From Mayamaea pseudoterrestris (taxonomy: Eukaryota): 64,000 bases of DNA. Location: assembly GCA_027923505.1 (NCBI GenBank), contig BROI01000004.1, positions 186,001 to 250,000 on the forward strand, given 5' to 3'. The translations under genes were made by a program, and so were the position numbers. The notes under the pieces are model-generated. The model had not been told where the DNA came from, ran no database searches, and saw nothing but the letters and a program-made list of their open reading frames with translations. This document shows positions 12,701 through 23,682 of this stretch, in pieces (position 1 is the first letter of the stretch; each line of letters begins with the position of its first letter).

Positions 12701-14124
12701 TTATGATGTTGGCACCATTCTGGTGTATTTTGGGCACCTACAGGGCTTCCTGTAGGGGAGTTTGAATGTCACAACATCTGCGGGCTGAGACTGGTGACAA
12801 GTTGTCACCAAATACATTGCCATCCCCTGAGACACTGACCAAGCCTACCATCTTGTAGCGCAGCCTGAATAATGGTGTTGGCACCATTCTGGTGTATTTT
12901 GGGCACCTACAGCGCTTGCTGTAGGGGCGTTTGAATGTCACGGCACCTGCGGGCTGAGACTGGTGACAAGTTGTCACCAAATACATTGCCATGCCCTGAG
13001 AAACCCGCCAAGCCTACCATCTTGTAGCGCAGCCTGAATGATGATGTTGGCACCATTCTGGTGTATTTTGGGCACCTACAGGGCTTGCTGTAGGGGCGTT
13101 TGAATGTCACGGCATCTGCGGGCTGAGACTGGTGACAAGTTGTCACCGAATACATTGCCATCCCCTGAGACACCAGCCAAGCCTACCATCTTGTAGCGCA
13201 GCCTGAATAATGATGTTGGCACCATTCTGGTGTATTTTGGGCACCTACAGGGCCTGCTGTAGGGGCGTTTGAATGTCACGGCATCTGCGGGCTGAGACTG
13301 GTGACAAGTTGTCACCAAGTACATTGCCAAGCCCTCAGACACCAGCCAAGCCTACCATTTGTAGCGCAGCCTGAATAATGATGTTGGCACCATTCTGGTG
13401 TATTTTGGGCACCTACAGCGCCTGCTGTAGGGGCGTTTGAATGTCACGGCATCTGCGGGCTGAGACTGGTGACAAGTTGTCACCAAATACAATGCCATCC
13501 CCTGAGACACCAGCCAAGCCTACCATCTTGTACAGCAGCATGAATAAGGATGTTGGCACCATTCTGGTGTATTTTGGGCACCTACAGGGCTTGCTGTAGG
13601 GGCATTTGAATGTCATGGCATCTGCTGGCTGAGACTGGTGACAAGTTGTCACCAAATACATTGCCATGCCCTGAGACACTCGCCAAGCCTACCATCTTGT
13701 AGCGCAGCCTGAATTATAATGTTGGCACCATTCTGGTGTATTTTGGGCACCTACAGGGCCTGCTGTAGGGGCGTTTGAATGTCACGGCATCTGCGGGCTG
13801 AGACTGGTGACAAGTTGTCACCAAATACATTGCCATCCCCTGAGACACCAGCCAAGCCTACCATGTTGTAGCGCAGCCTGAATAATGATGTTGGCACCAT
13901 TCTGGTGTATTTTGGGCACCTACAGGGCCTGCTGTAGGGGCGTTTGAATGTCACGGCATCTGCGGGCTGAGACTGGTGACAAGTTGTCACCAAATACATT
14001 GCCATCCCCTGAGACACCAGCCAAGCCTACCATCTTGTAGCGCAGCCTGAATAATGATGTTGGCACCATTCTGGTGTATTTTGGGCACCTACAGGGCTTG
14101 CTGTAGGGGGGTTTGAATGTCACG
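9769..14124 (+). repeat. Satellite B, 169-bp unit, ~26 copies, with a ~1521-bp (9-mer) higher-order duplication
   Basis: 169-bp periodicity. Variant monomers recur at 1520-1521 bp offsets (ORF pairs 11217/12738, 11386/12907, 11555/13076, 11893/13413). Confidence 0.97.
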
Positions 14125-14157
14125 GTTATCCTTGGTTCGATTCCGAGGTGCGCTACT

Positions 14158-14296
14158 TTGGGGAATGTCACTTTTCAGTTTTTCCTGCGGCGTTTCGGGC
14201 TCGGCGCATCTTTGTGCACTCCCCAGGGTCCGCGAGACGAAAATGCCAGCTGAAACGGAAGACGAGTTAGCACTATGACGCGCAAAGCTAGGGGAG
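14158..14296 (+). mobile_element. Probable 3' tail of a copia-type pol, followed by a polypurine tract
   Basis: Frame reads LGNVTFQFFLRRFGLGASL...* (TGA 14251-14253), resembling a copia RNase H C-terminus. AGGGGAG at 14290-14296 matches the PPT of the young copia (GAGGGGAG 17737-17744). Confidence 0.5.
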
Positions 14297-14880
14297 TAGC
14301 AGGTTGCACACGAAAAACAGCAACCAGAGCGATACCTTTACTTGTCATAGTGCATGGTGCCTTGTATGCAGCATATAGTACACTAGCAGACGGAAAAGTA
14401 GCAGCGTGTTTAGAGGTGATATAGCCGGTTATCCTTGGTTCGATTCCGAGGTGCGCTACTTTTAACGGCATAGTGATACTACTTTCTGTTGCATACCTGC
14501 TAATTGCACACGAAAAACAGCAACCAGAGCGATACCTTTACTTGTCATAGTGCATGGTGCCTTGTATGCAGCATATAGTACACTAGCAGACGGAAAAGTA
14601 GCAGCGTGTTTAGAGGTGATATAGCCGGTTATCCTTGGTTCGATTCCGAGGTGCGCTACTTTTAACGGCATAGTGATACTACTTTCTGTTGCATACCTGC
14701 TACCATGCACTATGACAAGTAAAGGTATCGCTCTGGTTGCTGTTTTTCGTGTGCAACCTGCTAATAGCAGGTATGCAACAGAAAGTAGTATCACTATGCC
14801 GTTAAAGTGGAGCTGCGCAAGGATCACCGGCTATACATCCTCTATGACACACGCTTTCGGGTCATCTGTGTACTATATGC
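14297..14880 (+). mobile_element. 206-bp LTR-like unit (14297-14502), tandem copy (14504-14702) and inverted permuted copy (14702-14880)
   Basis: Starts right after the PPT. Terminal inverted repeat TAGCAGG...CCTGCTA. Its 5' end tagcaggttgcacacgaaaaacagc resembles the young copia LTR start ttgcaggatgcgaacgaaaacagc. Confidence 0.65.
14377..14463 (+). ncRNA. tRNA-like RNA polymerase III cassette inside the LTR-like unit (copy at 14577-14663; partial at 14123-14159)
   Basis: AGTACAC/GTGCGCT acceptor-like pairing (6/7), A-box-like TAGCAGACGG at 14384, T-arm CTTGG-TTCGATT-CCGAG with B box GGTTCGATTCC at 14437-14447, TTTT at 14460-14463. No valid anticodon stem. Confidence 0.55.
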
Positions 14881-17800
14881 AAAATCCATGCGAACGTCAC
14901 ACGTCGCACATTAAGCCAATGATGGAGAACCTCCAACGAGATTCGGGTTCGCCAGGCCATTGCTGGGTTTTGCTGATTAAATTCGTAATCATGATACTGA
15001 ACGTCCTCGCGACGAAATCGCTGGGATGGCGCACGCCAACGGAAGTTGCGTTCGGAAATCTGCCGGATATTTCGCCTTTGTTACATTTCAAGTGGTGGGA
15101 ACCGGTCACGTTTGAGGCGCAGGGGAGCTTTCCCTCGGCGGTACGATCTGGCAACGGCCGATTCGTGGGCATCGCAGAGAATAGCGGTCCGCACATGACT
15201 TTTCTCGTTCTGACGGACGACACGCTTCAGGCGATTCCGCGCTCCAACGTGGTCTCGCGCAGCTACTTGTTACCACGAGAGTTGCCTTCCTTTCCTGAGT
15301 CTGGAGGGGAGATTTCTGAAGAAGCTACACGCGCAAGCGAGCGAAATTTTGAAACTCCAGATCTCGCGACAGGACGCTACCATAGCACGCATGTGACAGA
15401 AAGTAGTCACGACAACTACGAAGGAAACGACGAAACTCCGATGGCGAACCACGCCAACGTACCAGCGAAGTTCTTCAGAAGGGCTGAGCAAGAATCAGGG
15501 AATAAATGCCCTCTGTTCTCTCCAAGCGAACTCATCGGACGCACGTTCGTAAGGGAACACGAAAACGGTCAGAAAATGCGAGCGACTGTATGCGAATATA
15601 TCGAAGTACGCGATAACGAGCTACTCGAAACGACGAAAGGTTTCCTAATCCAAATGGGAGAGGAGCCAGCGAAAGACTTAATAAGTTACAACGAACTGTC
15701 GGATTTAATCGAACGACAGATGGACGAAGATATACGAAACGATCCGGCGACTCAGTGGGTATTCACGAAGGTAATCGGACACGAGCTTAATTTGAAACCG
15801 AACGATCCGACATACAAAGGAAGTTCAAGTAACGTTTCGTCCGGAATGGACTGACGGAACGACGACGTGGGAGCCTCTCGCGATCATGAAGAAGGACGAT
15901 CCGATAACAATCGCAGAGTATGGACTCAAGCACGGCTTACTCGACAAGCCAGGATGGAAGCAGCTGGAGCATTACACTCGGAAGCGAAAGAAGTTTCGAC
16001 AGATGGTAACAGCGGCGAAACGAAAATCGAAAGCAAACGGCGTACGCTACAAATTCGGCGTAAGGTTGCCGCGCAATTATAAAGATGCGAAAGCTCTCGA
16101 CGAGATCAACGGCAACACGCTGTGGACGGATGCGATTCGAACGGAATTAAATCAGATAAATGATTACGACACGTTCGCAGATCAAGGAGTCGGTAAGGTT
16201 ATGCCGGCGCCGTGGAAACGAATAAACGTGCACATGATATTCGATGTCAAGCACGATTTGCGACGGAAAGCACGACTCGTCGCAGGAGGACATATGACAG
16301 AGCCGCCGAAGGATTCAGTTTACTCGGGCGTTGTGTCATTGCGAAGTCTACGAATGGTAGCGATGTTAGCGGAACTCAACGGTCTGGAACTGTGGGCAGC
16401 TGACGTCGGCAACGCATACTTGGAAGCGAAAACGAAAGAGAAGGTTTATATCGTGGCAGGTCCGGAGTTCGGGGAGCTCGAGGGTCACACGCTCACGATC
16501 GTGAAGGCACTATACGGTCTTCGCACGTCAGGCGCACGCTGGCATGAACACTTTGCAGACACGCTCCGCGACATTGGCTTCATGCCGTGTATCGCAGAAC
16601 CGGACGTGTGGATGCGCGATAAAGGCACGCACTACGAATACGTTTGTGTGTATGTCGACGATTTAGCGATAGCGATGAAGAATCCGAAGGAACTAACGGA
16701 TCTTTTAATTGAGAACTACAACTACAAGTTGAAGGGCGTCGGTCCATTGGCATATCATTTGGGCGCAGACGTTTGGCGAGACGACGACGGCGTACTCTGC
16801 TTCGGAGCGAAGAAGTACGTCACAAGACTACTAGCGAACTACAAAGAAATGTTCGGCGAGGAACCGCGACCGCAGACAAGTCCACTACGCGACGGCGATC
16901 ATCCGGAACTCGACGAAACGAAAGAACTTGACGACGACGGAATTGCGAAGTATCAATCGATAATTGGTGCGTTGCAATGGGCAGTAAGTTTATGTCGATT
17001 CGACATTCACTGTGCTGTCATGACTATGGGGAGATTCCGAGCTGCGCCACGAGCGGGGCACTTGGAACGGTTGAAGCATATTTGCGGATACTTACGAAGA
17101 TACCCGGATGGAGCGATTCGATTCAACGTTTCGATTCCAACGGACGAGCGATACGCGACAGTTGACAAGATGGATTGGAATTACAGTGTGTACGGCAAGA
17201 TCTGCGAAGAGCTTCCGTGGAACATGCCCACGCCGCGCGGCAAGGCGGTGCGAATGTCAACGTTCGAAGATGCAAACCTGTACCACGATTACACGACGGG
17301 ACGGGCAGCGATGGGCATGCTACACATGTTGAATGGAACAGTCGTTGATTGGTTTTCGAAACGCCAAGCGACGGTCGAGACGGCGACGTACGGCTCGGAG
17401 TTTGTAGCAGCGAGAGTGAGCACGGAGCAGATCATGGATCTTCGCTTCACGCTACGCATGTTGGGAGTTCCGCTCGACGGACCTTCATGGATGTTTGGAG
17501 ACAACAAGTCGGTAACGCAAAGCAGCAACCTACCGCACTCTAGTCTGACGAAGCGACACAATGCACTGGCATTTCACCGTGTACGCGAAGCGATTGCGGC
17601 GGGAATTATTAATTTCAACCACATCATGGGAACGACAAACCCGGCGGATGTACTTACCAAGTTTCTTCCACGGGCTACGGCAAGCAAGCACTTAAAGAAC
17701 CTGCTCTTCAAGGAATCTAACTATTAGGTATGACTTGAGGGGAGTTGCAGGATGCGAACGAAAACAGCGAAAATCGGGCAAGTCACACCGAATGTCCGAT

Positions 17801-18057
17801 AGGGTGACACAGCGGCACTCGCGGCTCACCACAGCCTCACGATCGCGTGATGCGTGGCAGCGACGGCTTCGAAGCGATTCAACAAGTATATTGCTGAAAC
17901 TAGTGCGATATAGAGTAGAAACAAGCAGACTTACTAAGCTTGAAGAGTTAAGAAAGCGATTTATTCGTCTCTCGTATTGTAGCAACTGCAAGCTTGGATT
18001 GGCCATCCAAGGACAGCTACAAGCGAAAGGTGCAACGATTTGATTTACAAGTTACAA
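14881..18057 (+). mobile_element. 5'-truncated copy of the young Ty1/copia (CoDi-like) element: partial IN, RT, RNase H, PPT, 3' LTR
   Basis: Near-identical to the elements at 40.5-53 kb. ORFs to 15854 and 15886-17727 with a frameshift near 15840. YVDD and NPADVLTK motifs. Confidence 0.96.
17745..18057 (+). repeat. 3' LTR (~312 bp) of the young copia
   Basis: Follows PPT GAGGGGAG. (T)TGCAGG...GTTACA(A). Same sequence on the minus strand at 46538-46850. Confidence 0.9.
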
Positions 18058-19575
18058 GACTGTTTGCGCGAAAAGTACTTTCGAGAGAAGGCGCTTTATG
18101 AAAAGAAGCTTGCCTCCTTTTTGCTCGACAACCCAGAGTATGAAGCGACAGCAGGTGTCAATGCGCCATCGAAAGCAGCGGCAGCCTCTTCTTCAACCGC
18201 TGCAGTCACTGATGCAAAAAATGGCATGTCGCTTTACAATAAAGTCGTTCGTCTCAAACCTGGAGTCATGACGGAAGGTTCTGAGTTTACCTATTGGTAT
18301 GTCCTGACATACATTCCTGACCTCAAGTGGTGCCACTTGGCGCCGATGAAGGCTTGCGGCAATTTTGGAGACGATAAGCCAAAGTCGAGTGGACGAACAA
18401 AGTACCGCCTCGTCGATGAGAAGCTGGGTAAGGAAGTCGATATAAGTAGTTCGTTTTGCATACCCATCAAGGCTCGAGCAATGAGGAAGACTCTTGACGC
18501 CGACATGGAAGAGTGGGACGTTGTCGATGATGGGTCTGAACCTGATGCGGAAGTCAGTCAACCTCGGATGAGCAATTCAGCAAGTCGTAATTCATCGAGG
18601 CCTTTGCGAACCAGTCCGGTAAAACCGTCGGCCGTTCCTAAACCACCAACTGGTCTCAAATGCAAAACCCCACAAGCGAGTGCAGGCGATTCATGCCTAA
18701 GACTTCCCACCATGATGGCACTTTTGCCCGAGGGCGAATCCGAGGTAGTTGTGCGCCTTGTTGGGAAAGAAATTTACGATCCAATTGCCATTTATCCATC
18801 AAGTACTGCGAATCTTGGTCGTCAAAATGATTCTATTAGTTCGAAAAAGAGGAAACGCTTATCGAACGTTCAAGACGAAGTTATTGTCGAGATTGTTGCT
18901 ACCAAGGCTCAACGAGGCGATCGATTAAAAGGATCAAAGAACAAGCGCAAAAATACTGAAGGTGCGCCAGCGCCTGTCGAAGTTAACAACGTGGCCAATA
19001 CCAATATCACCAGTCCACTGACACGAAGTCAGCATAGTATACAGGAGCAGGAGCCGGCAAGTAAACGAGTACGACTATCATCTCCTCAGGCATCGCGACC
19101 GTCACGCATCGGAAAAGGCCACAAGGAAAGTGTAACACCTACTAGGCAGATAAATTCTTCTGAAAGTTCCCATGTGCAGCCGCATTCACTCCACTTTGCC
19201 GCTGCTAGAAGAAGCAGTCCTAGAGGATTGTCAAGCCATGTCAAGACGGCGTCCATAACCACACAACTCGTTACGACGTCCAGTCCGAGGCGACTTCCAA
19301 GGGGTACGGTCGGACCGTCTCACAAGCGCACTCGACATTGCATGTCTTCGCCATCGCCCACAATTGAGAAGCGAACACTTCGTAGCTCAGCTCCAAGTCC
19401 TTTGAACGACGCAACACCCGCTTCGACGAAAAGGCGACAATCGCCGCGGCTGAAAGTAACATCAGCGGTGCGGCGTTCCATTTCCACGATTCGCGAGAAA
19501 TACGCGCACAAGCATCAGCAAACCGAGCCAGTTAATAACGCTCGGCCAAAGAGAAAGGCTGCTCTCGACTTTTAG
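18058..19575 (+). CDS. 5'-truncated host gene; probable HMG-box C-terminal helix, conserved domain and basic Ser/Arg-rich tail
   Basis: Long ORF with no start of its own after the LTR. REKYFREKALYEKKLASF resembles an HMG helix 3, followed by LYNKVVRL..YWYVLTYIPDLKWCHLAPM. Confidence 0.6.
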   Translation, partial: DCLREKYFREKALYEKKLASFLLDNPEYEATAGVNAPSKAAAASSSTAAVTDAKNGMSLYNKVVRLKPGVMTEGSEFTYWYVLTYIPDLKWCHLAPMKACGNFGDDKPKSSGRTKYRLVDEKLGKEVDISSSFCIPIKARAMRKTLDADMEEWDVVDDGSEPDAEVSQPRMSNSASRNSSRPLRTSPVKPSAVPKPPTGLKCKTPQASAGDSCLRLPTMMALLPEGESEVVVRLVGKEIYDPIAIYPSSTANLGRQNDSISSKKRKRLSNVQDEVIVEIVATKAQRGDRLKGSKNKRKNTEGAPAPVEVNNVANTNITSPLTRSQHSIQEQEPASKRVRLSSPQASRPSRIGKGHKESVTPTRQINSSESSHVQPHSLHFAAARRSSPRGLSSHVKTASITTQLVTTSSPRRLPRGTVGPSHKRTRHCMSSPSPTIEKRTLRSSAPSPLNDATPASTKRRQSPRLKVTSAVRRSISTIREKYAHKHQQTEPVNNARPKRKAALDF

Positions 19576-19767
19576 GCGAGGACACTGTCGGCGCGGATGA
19601 AAAACGTCGCCGCATCAATTAAAATAGCGTCGCCCATGCTGCATCTATAAGATAACTAAAAAATCCATTAACGTTAATGCGATACTTTGGTGTAGGTTTA
19701 CTTGGCTCTCGCCATTGGCGGCCATTCGCTCACAGTCATTTCACTTTATTATTATATGCATTTACTG

Positions 19768-20604
19768 TTAATGACCATTCGCAGTCGACAACTTTTCAGC
19801 CAACTCTTTGAGCAAACGCATGACCAAATCCTTGCTCAAACCCATGACGCTGTCTTCTGTTCCATCGATACGTTCAATGTATTGCTTGACGAGTTTATGC
19901 TCCACCATGAGACCACCCGCGCAGCTCAATATGGGGGCATCTTCCTCGAGCAACCTGTCCACCAATCCTTCGTTCGGTTCGTTTTTAAAGCGTATGGTAG
20001 CCGTGTCGACACCAGCTACTATCGTTTTGCTTGGTAGATGCATCAGCACGACAGATCCAACGGTACTAGGAGGATGTTTCGAGTACATGGCAACCATTGC
20101 CTTGGCCTCGTCCACCGATTCTGGCTTTTCCAGTATTTTGCCGTTGCAAGTGACAACTTGGTCGCCCGTCAAAATGATGTATTCGTTTTGCTTTGGAAGG
20201 TCATTGTCGCATCGACCGGCTTGTATTTCGCTCGCCAAATGATTCATTTTCGCGTGGGCAAGGTGTAGGACCAAGTCACTTGGCTTGTCAGTGTCGCGAT
20301 TGCCCAAGCTCCGTTCGTCGATTGGTCGCACCAATATATGATAGTTGACTCCCATTTCCTTCAGTATGAGCTTTCTCGTGAATGATGACGATCCGAGAAT
20401 GAGAGGTGACGGCAGATGGAGCTGCACCAGTGGATCATGGACGAGTGCAGAAGCTTCTGGAGTCGGAGACATGCTGCTGCTGAATGAGGCGGAATGTGGA
20501 GTGCTTACAAATTGCAACCGCTGTACAAAGCTATATGAACAGGAAGCAAGACAGAAACAAGTCAGTAGAGTGTACGTTGAGCCTGCTGCGATGCCAAGTA
20601 CCAT
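19768..20604 (-). CDS. Maf-family nucleotide pyrophosphatase (YceF-like) with hydrophobic N-terminal presequence
   Basis: LILGSSSFTRK, IDERS, LTGDQVV, ILEKP, CAGGL, SVMGL motifs. Confidence 0.9.
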   Translation of the reverse strand: MVLGIAAGSTYTLLTCFCLASCSYSFVQRLQFVSTPHSASFSSSMSPTPEASALVHDPLVQLHLPSPLILGSSSFTRKLILKEMGVNYHILVRPIDERSLGNRDTDKPSDLVLHLAHAKMNHLASEIQAGRCDNDLPKQNEYIILTGDQVVTCNGKILEKPESVDEAKAMVAMYSKHPPSTVGSVVLMHLPSKTIVAGVDTATIRFKNEPNEGLVDRLLEEDAPILSCAGGLMVEHKLVKQYIERIDGTEDSVMGLSKDLVMRLLKELAEKLSTANGH

Positions 20605-21050
20605 TGTTTCATGTGGTCAAAAGTCAAAAGTGAAAGGAAGGCAGCATCGAAGAAATCTTTCAGAACCGTTGCGACGTCGTGCTACTACGGCGCTTGGCTT
20701 CTTGATTATGCGCCTGCAGACCATCAAGTTATCAGGGAATGATCTGCTTAACGTGTGCTGTACGAGTTACTATGTTTCAATAAAGCTTTACAGTCGTACA
20801 ATATGCCTTGATGCGTTTGACATTGCAACACTTCCGGTGGAGGCATTATTTGAAAAGCCATTACTTGTTACTTCTTCTTTGCAGATCATCAACAATCTTT
20901 GCTTTGTTGCGTACTTTTGTGACGGACCACAGCTGAAGGAAAGATTATACTGTGCATCGATGATAAGAAAGAAGCCTTGGCATCGAGCCTTGCCATGTCC
21001 ATAAATTCAGAACAGTCTCGCATAGGCGATTGTAAAACACAAACAGCATG

Positions 21051-22286
21051 TTAAGCCACCTTTTCCATCAAAGGAACTACAACACTGCAGGCGCTCGCGA
21101 CAGGAGCAGCAGCTGTCGCCGGCACCAAGGCCGCCAGCTCCTTTTGCAGCTCCAGCAAGCCTGCGTTTGCCTTGAGACCCGGCTTGCTGGCGCGGGCACT
21201 GAGCAGCATGACGGGTAGTCGACTCGTTTCGCGCACCAAGCGTTCCGCCAGTTGCTCCTTCACTTGCAAAACGCGGCGCGCCAAGTCGGTTTGCTCCATC
21301 AAGTCGCACTTTGTCAAGACGAGTTGTATTGGCGGCAGTGAGCTTTTCGCCGCAGATACCTTCTGGTCGTCGCTGCTCTGATTGCTCGTTTTTACTTGCT
21401 GCTGCAGCAGCTCCAAAAAGTCAAAATCGGCCTGCTTCATACCATGCCGCGCATCAATGAGCAGTAATAATCGCTTCAAGGGAGCGCCCCGACGTAGCAA
21501 GTAGTGTGACATGGTTGCTTGGTAGTTGGTGGCTGCTTCCGGAGACGCGTAGGCAAAGCCATAGCCGGGCAAGTCGACGAGCCGCAGCATGCGAGTGGGC
21601 CGTGATCGAGACGCCAGCTGGTAAATGGTAATGGCGCGGGTTTCTCCCGGTTTGGATGACACAGTGGCCTTGTGACCCTTGGGGAGCTTGTTGTTGGTTT
21701 CATCTGGCGATCGACGACGGCTGGCGAATGGAGCCTGCTCTTGCTCCTCGCGACTTCCATACAGTAGATTGTTGAGCAACGTCGACTTTCCAACGTTGGA
21801 ACGACCAGCCAAAGCAATCTCTGGAACGACAGCGCGACCATCGCTTCGCTTGCTGGAGCTCACCGACTGAATGTCTTCGACCGAGCTCATGGATGCAATG
21901 ATTGACACTGGCTGACTCTCCGCGCCAAAGGGAGGTGGTGCGCGCAATAACGTTGGTTTTATGTCGCTGACAGTTGACGAGTCAGTAATGCTGCTGCCGA
22001 CTCGATGCTGTCGTTGAGGTCGCCCCTTGTCGAGTGTTCTCCGTCGCAACGGTCTGCGTCGTGTTGGAACGCCAACTCCAATGGATTGTATATGTCTCAG
22101 TAGTTTTGGATCGACTGGAATGTTTCTGAATTGCTGCCGAGCACTCTCCATGGCGTTGTTTTCGTTGCTGGTCGTCGTTGCTCCTTTCAAAGAAGAAAGC
22201 AGTCGTCGGCTTGCCACGAGCCATGGTGCCGACTGGATCGAGACTTTGCAGCGATTGCTACTGCTGCGCAGAGTACACTGTAACAT
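21051..22286 (-). CDS. engB: EngB/YihA/YsxC ribosome-biogenesis GTPase, probably mitochondrial
   Basis: G1 GRSNVGKS, G2 KPGET, G3 DLPGYG, LLIDARHG, G4 TKCD. Arg/Ser-rich N-terminus. Confidence 0.9.
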   Translation of the reverse strand: MLQCTLRSSSNRCKVSIQSAPWLVASRRLLSSLKGATTTSNENNAMESARQQFRNIPVDPKLLRHIQSIGVGVPTRRRPLRRRTLDKGRPQRQHRVGSSITDSSTVSDIKPTLLRAPPPFGAESQPVSIIASMSSVEDIQSVSSSKRSDGRAVVPEIALAGRSNVGKSTLLNNLLYGSREEQEQAPFASRRRSPDETNNKLPKGHKATVSSKPGETRAITIYQLASRSRPTRMLRLVDLPGYGFAYASPEAATNYQATMSHYLLRRGAPLKRLLLLIDARHGMKQADFDFLELLQQQVKTSNQSSDDQKVSAAKSSLPPIQLVLTKCDLMEQTDLARRVLQVKEQLAERLVRETSRLPVMLLSARASKPGLKANAGLLELQKELAALVPATAAAPVASACSVVVPLMEKVA

Positions 22287-22686
22287 AATATGAGCCTAGC
22301 TGAGTGCCTCAAAGCACTTTATTCGGGCTAGAGACAGTTCGTTGTCTTGGTCGCTTCATTGCATCGATGGTTACGAGTTGATGTGAAAGAAACGGATGTC
22401 GCAAGGGTTTACCTTCACATTTTCACATTTTTGGCGAGCTGGTGGCGTTGAGGCGAGTCAACGAGGACAGGCGTTATGTTAGTGATCTCACTCTCCATAT
22501 GTTTAGTGTTCAATCAGAAAGATAGAATTTGTATCTTTGCTTGTTGTCGCAACAGAATAGAGTTTGAAGTAGAAGGTTGATTGATAGGGAAACATCGTAC
22601 CGGTATTGCTGCGACACCAAAATTTTAAATTTTCGACGACGCAAATCGTGACAGTTGGATTTGTTCTTCGGCTATTCCCTTCAACC

Positions 22687-23682
22687 ATGAGGGTTTCTCT
22701 TTTACTGCTAATTTCGTGCCTATGCAAGCATGCATCTGCTACAGTGCTTCAATTTCCCCGCCGAGTAGCAGATTTAAGACAACAAACAGCAGCAGCAAAT
22801 AGTCGGCGTTTTGCTGCATCGCTTTCCATTCCACGCGGTGGGAGCGAGCAAGCCAAAATCTTTAAACGATTCGCATCGGACACTCGCATGCCGAGTCTCT
22901 TTTCGTCCGACGACTCCGTCTTTGATAAATATGCCGCTTGCTTGGCGGCTACCGAAGGACTTCGTCGCATTCGCGATCGAGACATGATGGAGGAAGTCAA
23001 GTCGAACGATATCATGGGAGGCTCACAGTCGGACAGGGAGCAGCTTATTACGAAGGAATACGTCAAGAATACGGCAAAAGTGCTGCAAGTCATGGGATTG
23101 ACTGTCAAGCAGTTTAATGAATTAGGCAAGCAAATATCGAGGGATGAGCGACTGAGGGAGAAGGTACGTTGCGAATGTCTCTGCTCGCCATGCTGTCTGC
23201 ATGTTGATGTTTGAAGACTAACGTTCCATCATTATTGAAAGGTCATGGAGCAAGCATATCTTTATAGAATGGCCGCCACGATACAAATGGACAAGTTTCC
23301 CTTGGTGGAAGACAATCTGCGCAGTAGCGAGGGGTTACAAGACTTTCAGCGCGACAAGGTGGAACTCTTTTGCGAAAGCATGTCGGAGATTGAGCATCTT
23401 CGAGAGGACCAAATTGAGCGATTGAAGCGGGCATTGCAGGTTGATACCTTTCCCGCCAGTTTAAGCATTAGCGATCCTAGCCTAATGCCGTTTCTAAGCC
23501 CAAAAGTCCGAGCCGTCGTGGAAGCCTTTCCCTACCAGGCGGAGGAAATTATCAAGAAACATGGGCTTGACTCGGAAGAGTTCAACCAAATGCTGGCCGA
23601 GACAAAGACAAATCCAAAGTTTCGATGGAAGGTTCAAAAGCATATTCGCAATCAGGGAGGACGACAGGGGCAACATCGATAG
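22687..23682 (+). CDS. Signal-peptide protein with two DUF4168-like helical repeats; intron 23164-23241
   Basis: MRVSLLLLISCLCKHASA. Repeats MGLTVKQFN and HGLDSEEFN. The gtacgt...aag intron joins the two ORFs in frame. Confidence 0.75.

Noticed and set aside
1..14124. Dozens of recurring 60-100 aa ORFs in satellites (also 35-40 kb and 53-59 kb)
   Set aside because: Most unit lengths (352, 169, 181) are not multiples of 3, ORFs overlap on both strands and have no recognisable domains. They are by-products of tandem repetition.
9769..14124. CRISPR array (palindromic repeat at a regular period)
   Set aside because: The sequences between palindromes are near-identical rather than unique spacers. 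No cas genes; eukaryotic context.
14377..14458. Functional tRNA-Leu(TAG) gene
   Set aside because: The putative tt-TAG-ag loop has no pairing stem and the D stem is poor. Reported only as tRNA-like.
20345..21004. 219-aa plus-strand ORF
   Set aside because: Non-ATG start, antisense overlap with the Maf gene, and no recognisable motif.
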